From: the human T2T-CHM13v2.0 reference genome, Homo sapiens
DNA: 64,000 nucleotides
Assembly (NCBI RefSeq): GCF_009914755.1
Contig: NC_060934.1
Strand: one strand, 5' to 3'
Shown here: positions 1 to 16,616 of the stretch, one piece after another
Layout of the letters: the number at the start of each line of letters is the position of its first letter
Position numbering within the stretch: the stretch's first letter is position 1
The notes under the pieces: model-generated
Seen by the model: only the letters and a program-made list of their open reading frames with translations
The model's database searches: none
What the model was told of the DNA's origin: nothing
Translations under genes and position numbers: made by a program

Positions 1-420
1 ACCACCATCCACCTCCAGAACTTTTTCATCTTTTCAAAATAATATTCTGTACCCATGAAGCAGTAACAGGCCATTCCTTTCTTCCTCCAGCCACTGGCAA
101 CCACAGTTCTATTTTCTGTTTCTATGAATTTCACTCCTCTAGGTACCTCATGTAAGTGGAATCATTGGAATCATATAGTATTTGTTCTTTTGTGACTGGC
201 TTATTTTACTTAGCATAATATCTTCAGATTTCATCCATGTTGTAGAATGTGTAAGAATGTCCTCCCTTTTTAAGACTAGATAATATTCCATTGAATGGAT
301 ATATTAATACCACATTTTTTTATTCATCTGCTAATGGACACTGTGGTTGTTTCCACTTTGGGGCTACTGCTATTAATACTGGTGTATGAATTTTTCTTCA
401 AGTTATTGCTTTTAATTCTT
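1..420 (-). mobile_element. Old L1 (L1MB-like) 3' end fragment
   Basis: Typical antisense L1M 3'UTR text (ctaggtacctcatgtaagtggaatc, tgactggcttattttacttagcataat); resembles the copy at 18.2-18.55 kb. Confidence 0.8.
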
Positions 421-440
421 TCAGCATGACTCTTTTTTTT

Positions 441-2690
441 TACAAAGCTAAACACAGTCTTGCTATATAATCCATCAATTGTTTTTGTATGTATTTATCC
501 AGCTTATCTGAAAATTTATGTCCACACAAAACCCAGCCCACAGATGCTTATAGGAACTGTATTCAGAATTACTAAAACTGGAAGCAACAAAGATGTCCCT
601 CAAAAAGTGAATGGTTAGTGTAATATATGTAATATAAAATATAATATATCTTTATAATGGAACACCACTCAGTGGTATATAAAGGAATGAATTGTCAATC
701 CAAGCAAATACATGGATGAATCTTAAATGTGTATGGCTGAGTAAAAGAACCAGACTAAAAACAACACATACTATATGATTCCACTTACATAGTATTCTGG
801 AAAAAGCAAAAGTAGAGAGACAGAAAACAGATCAGTGGTTGCTAGAGACCTGCAGGGTAGGTGGGTAGAACGGAATATGTGAAGCACATAAGATTTCTTA
901 GGATGATGAAACTATTCTCCATGATACTGTTGTGATGGATATATGGCACTATGAATCTGTAAAAACTCATGAAACATTACGGTACCAAAAGCGAACCTTA
1001 CTGTATGTTCTATAAATGCAAATGTTAAGAAATCAATTAGGAGGTGTGGAGATCCCAAGATTGAGCCCAGACTGTGTCAAATGAGTCCAAATGTATTATA
1101 AATATATGACATACCTTACCAAGTAAGAGGAAAAGAAGTACTGACCTAAGTAGTTTTGAAAATGTATGGAAATTATAAGACTAAAGTCAAGAGAAACTGT
1201 CTATAAGCACCATACTCCAGTTGGTAAAGTTATTTCTCGTAAGAGTACAGATTGACAATTCAACACACTATGCATGCATGATGAGATTGAATAAATAAGT
1301 AAATGGATGACAGCTCCTGGGAGCCAGGTTTCTCACTGTCGGATTTGGAGGTTACAGACAAGGAAAGCTAGAATGAATCATAGAATACTGAACTGGAGTT
1401 GAAAATATCAGTGTAAACTTATCTTTAGATTAACTTAGATACAGGTGGATTAATGTAAAAATAATTATAGATATGTCTGTCTACACAGTTAGTATATACA
1501 TATATTTCCAACCTCATCCCACTGAAAGGGCCTAGAATCAATGACACTCCTTAGCAAAGAGCATGCCTAGCACCCAAACTTTGGTTTCAAATACCATTCT
1601 CTGATAAAAGAAACCAGGGCTCCTGGAGGAAATGGCAGATTATGAGGCTAGAGCAAAGAATATACAAGATGATCCTAGAGCATCTTATAATGTCAGAAAG
1701 TAAGGAAGGACTAAAAATAAAATAAAACAATGGGGTTATGTCAGAGCACATGGAAGCCAGCAGTCAGAGCTCCCAATGGCCAAGGCTGGAACATTATGAA
1801 CAACAAAATAAATAAAATGTATTGAAATATAACCCAAAGCACTATATATATGTGTGTATATATATACACATATATATGTGTATATATACACACATATATG
1901 TGTATATATATACACACATATATGTGTATATATATACACATATATACATATATACACATATATACATATATACATATATACATACATATATACATATATA
2001 TACATATATATACACACACACTTATTGATATAAACAATTTATTAAATAAATTTATAAATAAATGAGAATAGATAATTCTGCCATACGGAATTTCAAACAA
2101 TGTATGTAGTTACTTTCTCCTCAAGAAGGTGAAGCATAACTCCTCATTTCCTTAATGTGGGTTGCTCATGGCTTTCTTCCAAATAGAATAGTATAGAACA
2201 CCGGCAGGGAGGGGAGAGGGGAAGGGCAACTGTACGGTGGAGAGACCTGACAAACACTACCTCAGCCATGTGATCAAGTGATCAATATCATCAGTGATAT
2301 GTCATATTGACAGTATGTACACTGATATAATGTGATAAAAATGACATGTTACAACTCTATGGTCTTCAGAGATCCCAGAATTACAGTCTAAACATGAGAA
2401 AAAATATCAGACAAACTCAAATTAAGAAACATCCTACCCAATAACTAACTAATATTCTTCTAAAGTGTCAAGGTCATAAAAAATAAGGAATATAAGCATT
2501 GTTACAGTCAAGAGGGCTCTAAAGAGTCACGATGACCAAATGTAAGTTTCTTTACATGTGGAATCTTGGAACAGAAAAAGAACATTAGGTAAAAACTGAT
2601 TAAATCCAAATGAAGTGTAGACTTTAGTTAACAATAACAAATCAGTATTAATTAACTAGTTTTGACAAGTATATCATACTAATTTAAGAT
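441..2690 (+). mobile_element. Old L1 (L1MC/L1MD-like) ORF2 end and long 3'UTR
   Basis: L1 sense motifs aaaactggaagcaacaaagatgtccc, atactatatgattccact, ggagagacctgacaaacactacctcagcca; interrupted by a microsatellite. Confidence 0.75.
1843..2020. repeat. Compound (TA)n/(TATATACACA)n microsatellite
   Basis: Directly visible; explains the Y/I/H-rich pseudo-ORFs. Confidence 0.95.
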
Positions 2691-4199
2691 GACTCTGTTT
2701 ATCTCTGCTCTAGAACATGCATTAATTATTAAGGTCCATAAAATCTATTAACATGAAGTCCCCATTTTTAACCCCTCTGATGTTTAATATATATAGTAAA
2801 CTATCAAAAAATATGACCACTTCCTTATTTCAGAGTCCTACCTCTCATTTCCTTGTGGTCTAATACTCACAGCCGGAACATTCAAGAACTTCCCAAGCCA
2901 ATAGTTATTTCTATTGTGACCTGGTATTTCTATTGTGACCTATTTGACCTAGACAAATTCCTTCTGCAGGCCTTTGTGAATGCTTGAGCAACAGGCTTTG
3001 CAGTATGGCTTTAATCCTTCACTATCTGTGTACCTTGTTCAATGAAGGAGATCTAGTCCTGGAGCCGATTCTTGAATCCATTTCAAATATAAGGAAGAAA
3101 ATTTCTCAAACAGAGAGAAAATTACCTAAGCAAAATGTCCCTGAGATTTCTTCAGGGATAGCTCCTTAAAGAGGGGAAGAAAAGCTCATTCTCAAGAAGA
3201 TATTTTTATCAAAGAAAGGAATCAGAGATAATTGGAGTTGGAAAAAGCCATGGACAAGATATTTGGACAAGGTGTGGAGACGAAGCCTCAGAAAGATTAA
3301 ATGAGTCACCCCTAGACATAGTTTGTTAGTATCAGAGAGGAAATAATACATGGTTCTAAAGTAGCATGCTTCTCACATTTTCGTCTTTTACCTCTTTAGC
3401 AAATTTAACCTTTTCCATACAGCTGTTGAGATAACCTACTGATCATACAAGCTAAATCAACGTAAGGGACATATCTCAGAAAATGTACCCAAACTGCCTC
3501 CCTTTTCATTATCGAAAACCACGAGATGAAAGTCTTTAATAACTCACCACACAAGAGGACCATTTACTGTCAGCATATACCACTCAGACATATATTACAG
3601 CTTTTTACTTCTCAACACAAAATTGCTTTGAAATTTACATTTGCTATAAAGGATTCAAGTCCATCACTATTAATTTTCTTCTACAAATTATGTTTAATTA
3701 TCACCTCTCTCCACCTAGGAAGAACCCCCTCTTGTATTCCTGTCTCTGTACAGCTCTCGAGAAGAGTTTTCCCAGCATGAATCTGTGATGGTGATTTTAT
3801 ATCCCCAACTTGCCCTTCCTCGTCAATCTCACCCAGCCTGCTTGGAAATATGGAAATGAATGGTTAGCTTGGCTCCACATTTCCTGCATACATATGAAAT
3901 CTGGTCTCCCTGAGCAAGGGGAAAAAAAGACAACGTTTTCCAGCCTTAGCCTATGGACAATTAGGCTAGAAATATTCCACTTTAGCAGGTTTGAAATCCA
4001 CCCATGATTGATTGCTTAACAGTTCATACACTACATTACATCTACTAAAGAAACTTCTTGGAGATTCAACTATTTCTCTGATGCTTCAATAATCATCTTT
4101 ATTCTCTCTCAGTTTTGGAACTCTAGAAGAAACTAAAAGAAATAGAGAAATCAAAAAAGTATATTTTATTATTTTTAAATCTAGTTTCTATGTTTTCTT

Positions 4200-4370
4200 A
4201 CTGAATGGCGTAATATAAATTGCATGGTCTTTGAAGTCAGATACATCAGCGGTCAAATCATAACTCTACTGAAAAAGTATGCAACTTCAGGCAAGTCTCT
4301 TATCTCTGAGCCCCGGATCTCTCAACCTTAAACATAAAGTTATTTTAACTTTAATTGAGACTGGAATGTA
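4200..4370 (+). mobile_element. MIR SINE fragment
   Basis: ggtctttgaagtcaga...ggcaagtctcttatctctgagcc MIR core. Confidence 0.6.
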
Positions 4371-4454
4371 TTACTCTTGGCAGCTTCAAGGAATTCAAAT
4401 GTTAATTGTCTTTCCCTTCCAAATTCAATGAGGCAATATTTTCGTCTACAATTT

Positions 4455-4640
4455 TTGTTTGCAACTGATCAAATCTCAACTCAAAGTAGCTTAAGCAAAA
4501 AGGTGGTTTACTGACTCACATAACTAGCAAGTGCAGCACGTCTCTGGCTTTAGACATAGCCAGATTAAAGTTTTCAAGCAATGTTGTCATGGCTTTTGAT
4601 TCTGTTTATCTCTGCTTGGTGCTGTTCTGAACATAAGTAC
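4455..4640 (-). mobile_element. ERVL LTR fragment (LTR33-like)
   Basis: ctcaactcaaagtagcttaagcaaaaagg...ttactgactcacataact resembles the LTR33 antisense start. Confidence 0.45.
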
Positions 4641-4714
4641 TGACCAGATGCCTGGCAAAATAGCCCACGTAAGTTACATATCTTTAGCCTCAGTACATAT
4701 TTTTAATACATATT

Positions 4715-5800
<1,086 letters not shown>

Positions 5801-6449
5801 TAAAATACATTTTCCCATAACTCTTGTAGAATATATGATATTGTGGTATTGCACAGGACATTCTATTTTTTATCTGGCTACCACATGCATTATGAGATTT
5901 ATGCATCTGTAAGTACTAAGTAATTGACATCTATAACCTTATTATTTATGAATTATCATCTACACATTAATAGCCAGACTCCCTAACATGGTCCAGGTGG
6001 TGACTAGAATGATACAATCACAATTATATGTGCTAGGTAAATGACTCTTTTAATGAGATGCAGCAATATAATATTCATGTCTTTCCTATGTTCATATACT
6101 TTGACTAATTCTTCTAGAATTAGCTTCAGCTTATCTACTTTCTTCATTTACTGAAGAGTTCTTTAATATTGAGCCTTGTTTTTCCATTGGTTGAAGTTAA
6201 TAATCATTGGCTAAAGTATATTTGAAACTGACATGTAATATGAGAATAAGAACCTATATGTTCTGTTTAAATAACTCAACAAAACTGTACATTTTGACCC
6301 AGAAGCTGTTTACTCAGGTAACCCAAATGAAAGTATCATCAGCATTATTAGCAGCATCATCATTAAAATGTCAAATCTATCATCATTAAAACAGCAAGTC
6401 TCATGAGTTTTGAAAAGATTGTGAGAGAGGAGACATTTAGAGATTTTCT

Positions 6450-7130
6450 ATTGCAGGACATACAATATTTTAATTGACCCCAAATATAACCTTGGTTTAT
6501 TGAGATGTTAGCACTACTTAATATAAGATTATATTTCATTATGAATAGCCCTTGCTGGTTCAGAGCTATTCTGAATATGCATAACTAGACATCTTCTTGC
6601 AGATCGAAACTAATACATTAATCCGTACCTTTGAATACAATCCTTCAGCTAGGTACTTGTCACCTTACTGAGGGAGGGTCCCTGCTCGATACTTGTCCAC
6701 AAAGGGATTTTGAAAACTTGGTCAAATGCCATGGGAAAATCCAGGTACAATTTATCTACAAATTCTTAATCTACAAACAATACCAAGAACAGTAAATAGG
6801 GTTTGTCGGTCATTATTTTTTTTCCTAATGACCCTATCTTGCATCCTGGCGGGACCTGCTTTTCCACCTCAGTACTCATAAACCAGCTTGTATTATTTCA
6901 CACTGTAACACTGATCAAAAAAAAAATCTCAGATGTATAGTTTGTCATACTTTTACCTTTTCGAAAAACAAACGTTGCCCTCTTCTATTATCATCTGGCA
7001 ATTCGCCTAATCTTAGGAATTATATTTGGAAAATATCTTGGGATATAAGCCCAGCCATTAAGGAGCTATTCAGTGTTAGAACCACAACTCACTCTCTTAT
7101 AATCTTGCCAACCTTCTAGGGTCTCAGTTC
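6450..7130 (-). mobile_element. CR1/L3 LINE reverse-transcriptase fossil
   Basis: Minus strand 6715-6759 translates VDKLYLDFPMAFDQV (CR1-type YLDFxKAFD motif); upstream remnants of GEVPEDW, PIFKKG and NYRP in the expected order. Confidence 0.75.
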
Positions 7131-7829
7131 CCACATACTCAGTGTCACAGACTTCAGTCCAAAAAAAAAAAAAATTCTTTTTACAAAAAAGACCAAAGGA
7201 AGTGAGTGTATTTTGACTTTATATGCATTGTTATGATAAAGAAGAATCAGATAAAGAGCTCTAGATATTCAGAAGAAAACCTTAGCCTTGGCACCACATG
7301 GAATTTGCAGCATTTTCTCCACCTTGGAGTCTCACCAGGAGATTGTTACTCTGACATGAGGTGAGATCAACATGTCTACCATTCATTTACTGACTGTAGT
7401 CACAGCTTTAATTGTATGCTTTTCTGGAGCTTGAGTTATATATGTGTGTTTCTTAGAAACATGTGACCAGGTTTGAGCGAGAAGAGGAGAAACCCTCAAT
7501 AGATATTGAACATGGTTTCCACAAGTGGATCAAAAGCAAAATTGAGAATTTATTGACAACTTTTTCATCTCACCTCCACTTCTCCCTCCTTAAGCTCTCC
7601 CAAGGAGAGAAAATCCCTTCTTTTCTCTCAAGTACTGAGTCATCTTGCTTCTCAACGGTCACCTTAATTTCCCACAGAGACACTTCCAAACATTGCACAT
7701 AAAACTTTGTATATCTGATTTTTATGATAGACTCTTAGGAAGGAACTTCTAGGAAATATTGTAAAAACATTTTTAAGCACTTCACTATATACTACCAGAA
7801 TGGCATTCTATTTATTCATCTGAAAACTG

Positions 7830-8380
7830 AGACCTCCTGCTGCCACAAAGCTGAATTCTCAGGACTGAGAACTGAAGCCAGCTATATCAATATGATTTCA
7901 CTCCTTCTTCCAGGAAATTGTTGCCCATTAAGACAAGGCTGTAAACCAATACATAATTTCACCTGTAGTTTCAGAAAATTTCTAAGAACTAAGTAATATA
8001 GATAATTAACTTGTACATATGGACAAACAGATCCCTTGTCAAAACAATAGATTGCCTGTGTGTGCAAATAGCTTGTGAATCAAACTACTTTTACTTGCCA
8101 AGACTTGCTTAAAGGTCCTTGTCCCACTGTTTTATTTATTATCACCTATTTTAAACTATTACATCATAAGATTTAGTCACTCCCGGTGAAATCCTTATAC
8201 TGAAATACCTCCCTTAAATCACTGGAGCCCAGATCTCTAAACCCTAAAGATTTCTACCCATGACCACTCTCTCTGAGACATGACTAAGACTCTGTTAAGT
8301 TGGCATTCTCCATTACTGCAGTAGGTTTAGTAAGCTTAGCTTTATTCCAGTGGCTTTTTGGAAAGTCAGCTGTCAAGACA
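7830..8380 (+). mobile_element. Old ERV1 (MER4-group-like) solo LTR
   Basis: 3' part ctctctgagacatgactaagactctg...ctccattactgcagtagg ending in ...gaca; subfamily uncertain. Confidence 0.45.
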
Positions 8381-8665
8381 TCAACAAACATGTATCAATT
8401 TACTTCCTGGCACCTTGCTAGACACTGGGGATTCAGTGATGGCTAAAAATAACATAGTTCATGTAATCCTATGAGGGAGAAAATGCTAATCAAATAATTG
8501 TAAATATATAAGTTCCGATTGTGACTCGTGTTCCAAGGAAAAGTTACAAGGTGTTACGAGAGCAAATAACCAGATAACGTGACCCTTTTAGAGTAAGGAG
8601 ACTATATTGATTAGGTGATGTTTGATTTGCGATTTCAAGGATGAGTAAGGCTTAACTAAGTGGCA
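8381..8665 (+). mobile_element. L2 fragment
   Basis: tcaacaaacatgtatcaatttact...gctagacactggggattcagtgatg; opposite orientation to the L2 at 4.7-5.8 kb. Confidence 0.6.
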
Positions 8666-8669
8666 TGCA

Positions 8670-8865
8670 GGAGATGACATAGAGGAAAAGGGAGAGGAGG
8701 AGGAAGAACGGAAGGGGAGAAGAGGTATAAACATGGAAGAAGGGAAGGAGCAAGGAAAATAGAGAAGGAGGAGGAAGAGAGAGGGGAAAGGGAGGAGAAG
8801 AGGGGAAAGAGGAGAGAAATGAAAAGGAGGAGGATAAAGTCAGAGGGAGAGCAGATGGGGAAGTC
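8670..8865. repeat. GA-rich polypurine low-complexity tract
   Basis: Directly visible. Confidence 0.85.
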
Positions 8866-9049
8866 TGAGTGCTTTCGAGGAATATGGAAAATCTATATGA
8901 CACCAACTTAAAAAATATTTCCTTACCCTGGAACAGAGAGCAAAGGAGAAAGCAATTTGAGATAAGACCAGAGAAAATCGTAGGAGCAACATGACATATA
9001 GGCCAGAAAATTTGTACAATTTAACCTTCATCCATAAGTGTATGGGAGT

Positions 9050-10115
<1,066 letters not shown>

Positions 10116-10814
10116 CTGTCGCAGCTCTTACCTGGCTCCTCTTCTGGAAGCATCTGAGAATAATGGTATAAAGTTCTAAAGAAACAACTCATTCTGAAGT
10201 GGAAATTTGGAGTGTAACAGATTCACCTTCTAACACTGAAATGCCATTCCGGGCAATTCATAAAGCACATATATTTTATCTGGCCTGCTAATTCATTCTT
10301 CCAGAGCAGTAATTGGAAATACTAATGTCCAAAGACCTGCACTGGAGGTCAGGTTTCATGGCTTTCAGAATCTATGTGAGGATGTTCTGTAATTTGTACT
10401 TTTTCATATATAACCTGGCAGTCCTTGTGCCTCTCACTGAGCTATGGTGAGGATAAGATAATGTTTTATAAACCTTTGTGAGTTAGGACATATCAACCGG
10501 ATGCAGGAGGCCAGAATTTGTTCAGAGTCTACAGCCAGACCAGGTCTTCCTACTGGTGGCCACGACTGGGCCAAGGTCACACCAGCTCCTCCAAGTTTAC
10601 CTTCCTTGCTCTCCACATCGAATCTGACCTCTTCAGCCTACAACCTCATAATTTTCAGGATCAAGTTTTGCAATTACTATTATAAAAGCAAAGATTTGAA
10701 TGCTGAAACGGTACCACAATTTAATCCTGCTATAAAAGGAAGAGGCTTACAAGCAAAACAAAATGAAACACAATAATAGCCCTCCTCCACTGGGAAGAGC
10801 TTGGATTTGGTGAT

Positions 10815-11123
10815 TTTTTTTTTTTTTTTTTTTTTTTTGAGACAGGGTTTCCCTCTGTCCCCCAGGCTGGAGTGCAGTGGCACAATCTTGGCTCACTACA
10901 AACTCCGCCTCCTGGGAGTTCAAGCGATTCTCCCGCCTCAGCCTCCCGAGTAGCTGGGATTACAGCTGTCCGCCACCATGCCCGGCTAATTTTTGTATTT
11001 TTAGTAGAGAGAGGGGTTTCACCATGTTGGCCAGGCTAGTCTCAAACTCCTGACCTCAAGTGATCCACCCGCCTCCGCCTCCCAAAGTGCTGGGATTGCA
11101 GGTTTCAGCCACTGCGCCCGGCC
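10815..11123 (-). mobile_element. Full-length AluS (Sx/Sz-like)
   Basis: Complete dimer ending ...gcccggcc; TSD ggatttggtgat at 10803-10814 and 11124-11135. Confidence 0.97.
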
Positions 11124-11519
11124 GGATTTGGTGATATTGAATTCTCTTCAAGAGCTGAGGGAAGAAAGAAGAGGTTGGTTCCCTCCGTGTTCATCCTGTG
11201 TGAAGAAAGGAAGGGAGGAAGGCAAAGGTCTGCTGCGGGATCAAGCAAAAGGCTAAGAGAAAAAGGAAAAGAGGAACAGAGGGGTGGACCCTTTGAAATT
11301 CAGTTGCCCCCCTCACTTGGTGCAGGGTGGATTTCAATGAGGGAAAATCCCAGTATCTTCCATGAGATCTCTTGCTCCAGCCAGAGGGCTGTTTGCCCAG
11401 GTCCAGCCTGATAGGAAAGGCAGATCCCAGAGAGGCCTCATGATGCCACAGCCGCCCTCCCCTCCTCTGAGGCTGGCCCCAAGTTGTCACACACCCCAGC
11501 AAACTCAAACAAGTTAATT

Positions 11520-11790
11520 TGTAATCTTAGGGGGAAAATGATGGTCGCGCTGTGTCTGTCACTGAGCACTCTCCCTGCCAGTTTAAACAGCTGATTAGTT
11601 AGCGCCACTGGAATCGATCCGCATCAGTTCCACCTGCATGCACCCACCAGGAACCACTTTATTGTAAATCAATCATTCTGAAAACATCTCACAAAGGGGC
11701 CAGGCTTTACTAACAAGCCGTCAATTCCTGCTGCCTGTTGGCAGAGCCCAGCAAATGAGGAGTGCAACTAACATTTATTCAAAAATTATC
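11520..11790. promoter_or_regulatory. Candidate developmental enhancer (PBX-HOX and MEIS motif cluster)
   Basis: Non-repeat island with retained CpGs; gtaaatcaatca (rc TGATTGATTTAC) at 11664-11675; ctgtca at 11556-11561; motif evidence only. Confidence 0.3.
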
Positions 11791-11954
11791 TCTTCAGATT
11801 ATTTGGAGCCTGGGCAGGTGGTGGATATGCGGGGATGAATTGGAGCTTCCTAACGCCTGCACATGCACTTAAGCTTCTGAATCTGTTTCCCCAGAAAGAG
11901 AGCCAAGGTTTGACCCAGCCTTCACGTTAAAAAAAGGTGGGATGAGGGAGGGGG

Positions 11955-13320
<1,366 letters not shown>

Positions 13321-14179
13321 CATAATGCAATGAGATGAACGGTCTTTCCTTACCTACTCAGCATCAATAGGACACAGGGGCTTTGTGCCCTAAAGGTCCT
13401 ATGGGTCTCTAAATCAATCTTTTCCCTTATTCATTGACTAGATGAAATGACTACATTTTGGCTTTGCAGAAGATAAACTTGCCAGATAACGCTAGGAATA
13501 CACTCCTCCGTGAAAAGATGTGCAGAGAACATTTTAATTGGTTTCCAAGAGCCTTCAACAAGACATGCTCAACTGTCTTTAGTTAAAGAAATGGGACAAA
13601 GGCATTTTGTCTTGAGATGTTTTTTCCCTCCATTTGTGGCTTCTCTCTGAATCTCAGTATGTGAACAGGAAAGGCTGAGAAAGCTCTGCTCCCATTCTGG
13701 GTAATGGAGAGCTCTATTGTCCTCCTTTGGTTAGAAGGCATGATGGCACCAACCTGATTTTGCCTAGTGTAGTCCAGACAGTCCCATGCAGGAGCCACTT
13801 ATGTCGTTTCCTGACAGATGATTGCATTGTCAGCATGGCCTGTTGGAAGGTAATTGTGTGATTATGATACCCTTTTAAACCTTGCATCAGAAAGCAAAAT
13901 TCTGGGAGTTGTTTGAGCAGTGGGGAGGAGTAAAATTGGACTGCAAGGGGGAGCAGCTGAATGCCTATGGCCCATCAACTACAGTGGGGGTTTGTGGAGG
14001 CACAGATGGGAGAACCAGCTTCAAGCCACTTGGGAAACAGTTATGGTAATGAAACATCACAAGGTAATGATAGTTACGACATAACATGGTTAGAAGAAAC
14101 CTTGGATTTATTGGGACTTGGCAACTGAGGAGGAACATGACTTAAAGAGGCATTAGATGTGCTGAAATTACTAGTACTG

Positions 14180-14425
14180 GTGCAGGAGTTAAGCACTTGG
14201 ATTGCTAAATCTAGTTTGCCTGGGTCCAAATCCCAACCAGCCACTTACTACCTGTGACCATGGGCAAATTACTCCGACTCTCTAGGCCTCTGTTTTACCT
14301 TATCTGTAAAATGATTTAAATAATTATAACCCTCATATGGATGCTGTGAGCATGGGCTGAGTGAAGTAAAAAGCTGAAAATAATGCTGGGCATATGATCA
14401 GCATTATGGAAATGTTCATTGTGAC
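14180..14425 (+). mobile_element. MIR
   Basis: gcctgggtccaaatccca...ccacttactacctgtgaccatgggcaaattact. Confidence 0.8.
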
Positions 14426-14659
14426 TTTAGGCAAACTGCCCTTCCTCTGGGCCTTGGATGGTCTTGAGTTACAGTAACACAGTGTTAGGTTCCAAATATT
14501 ACTCTCTGTTGCTTGGCTACTCTCTGCCCTTTATTCAGTTTGAATTTTCTTGTTCTGGGCATAGGCCATAACTCATCACAGTAAGCAGGATAAATGCAAG
14601 GTATGAGCAAGTCTGTTTTAAGCTGAGCAGATATTTCCAGGCTTCTTTCAGAAAATTAA

Positions 14660-14830
14660 AGCACAGGGTCCCTACACTTCTGGGTGGTTATGTAACATCT
14701 CTAGGCCTTGATTTCTTCTTCTTAAAATGGGGATACTAATGCCAGTTTTGCAGATCACTATGAGGATGAGAATAATATTGTAAAGCACTGGTCACCACAA
14801 ATGGCACATAATAGTTGCTCAATAAATGAC
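14660..14830 (+). mobile_element. MIR
   Basis: aaaatggggatactaat...tggcacataatagttgctcaataaat. Confidence 0.7.
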
Positions 14831-15085
14831 ACATGTCATCATATGTGTATATACATATACACATAAATATACAACACACTTATACACACACATTTAGTTG
14901 TAGTAATAATGATCATATATATGATTATAGTAATAACAATTATCAAAAATTACAACTAGATGAATGAGGTTTGCAATTGAATATTTATTTAGATACATGG
15001 GTACTATCTTTTCTCAGGCATAGGCTACTTGGAAAGCAAGAATTCAGTAAATGATCCATTCAACTGTGTTTTATACCTGATTCTA

Positions 15086-16518
15086 TAGTCATGCATTGTG
15101 TAATGACATTTTAATCAATGTCGGACCACATGTGCAATGGTGATTCCATAAGATTATAGTGGAACTGAAAAATTCCTGTTGCCTAATGATGGAACGGTGG
15201 TAACATAAAACAATGCATTACTCATGTAATTGTGGTGACTCTGGTATAAACAAACCTACTGCACTGCAAGTTGTATAAATGTGTAGCACATACAATTATG
15301 CATAGGACATAAATATTTTTTTTTGAGACAAGGTCTCACTGTCACCCAGGCTGGAGTGCAGTGGTGCGATCTTGGCTCACTGCGACTTCTGCCTCTGGGG
15401 TCCAGTGATCTCCCCCCTCAGCCCCCACAAGTAGCTGGGACCACAGGCTTGCACTACCATTCCTGGCTAATTTTTTGTATTTTTAGTAGACACTGAGCTC
15501 AAGAGATCCACCCACTTTGGCCTCCCAGAGTGCTGGGATTATAGGCTTGAGCCACTGCACCTGCCTCATAATACTTGAAGATGATAATAAACCACCATGT
15601 TACTGATTTATGTATTTACTATACTATACTTTTTATTGTTACGTTAGAGTATCTCCTTATATTACTTTTTTAAAAAAATTTAGCTTCATAACAGCCTTAG
15701 ACAGGCCCTTCAGGAGGTAACCCAAGAAGGCATTGGTATCATAGGAGATGACAGCTCCATGTATGTTATTGACCCAAAAGACCTTTCAATGGGACAAGAT
15801 GTGGGAGTGGAAGACAGTGATATTGATGACCCTAACTCTGTGGAGGCCTAGTCTAATGTGTGTGTCTGCATCTTAGTTTTTAACCAAAATATTTAAGAAG
15901 TTTTAAAAAAGTTAATAGAAAAAAGCTTATCAAATAAGGATATGAAGAAAGAAAATATCTTTGCACAAGTGTGAGCTGTGTTTCTGTTTTAAGCTGTTAC
16001 CACACAAGGGTCACAAAGTTTTAAAAAAATTAAAAGTTTATAAAGTTAAAAAGTTACAGTAAGTTAACGTTAATTTATTATGGAAAAAGAAAAATATTTT
16101 TGTAAATTTAGTATAACCTCAGTATACTTGTTTATAAAGTCTACAGTAGTGTACAGTAACGTCCTAGGCCTTCACATTCACTCATAGCCTCACCCAGAGC
16201 AATTTCCAGTCCTGCAAGCTCCATTCATGGTAAGTATCCTGTAAAGGTGTACCACTTCCTATCTTTTATGCTGTATTTTTACTCTTCCTTTTCTGCCTTT
16301 AGATACACAAATAACATTGTGTTATCATTGCCTACAGTATTCAGTACAGTGATATACTGTAGAGGTCTGTAGTGTAGGCGCAATAGGCCATACCATATAG
16401 CCTAGGTGTGTAGTAGGCAATACCATCCTGGTTTGTGTAAGTGCACTCTACGTTGTTTGCACCACCATGAGATGGCCTAATATCACATTTCTTAGAACAT
16501 ATGCCAGTCTAAAACTAC
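15086..16518 (+). mobile_element. Tigger3 (Tigger3b-like) DNA transposon, split by AluJ
   Basis: Start ta-tagtcatgcattgtgtaatgacatt...ggaccacat...cataagattatagtggaactgaaaaattcct; end cacatttcttagaacatat. Confidence 0.85.
15316..15565 (-). mobile_element. AluJ with internal deletion in the left arm
   Basis: tttagtagaca joins directly to ctgagctcaagagatcc, skipping about 35-45 nt. Confidence 0.9.
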
Positions 16519-16550
<32 letters not shown>

Positions 16551-16559
16551 GTATGTATG

Positions 16560-16615
<56 letters not shown>

Positions 16616-16616
16616 T
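16519..16616. repeat. (TA)n(TATG)n(TA)n(CA)n microsatellite
   Basis: Directly visible; begins at the TA flank of Tigger3. Confidence 0.95.

Noticed and set aside
1736-2100. Overlapping ORFs of up to 119 aa rich in Y/I/H/M/C (also at 49330-49643)
   Set aside because: Translations of TA/CA microsatellites
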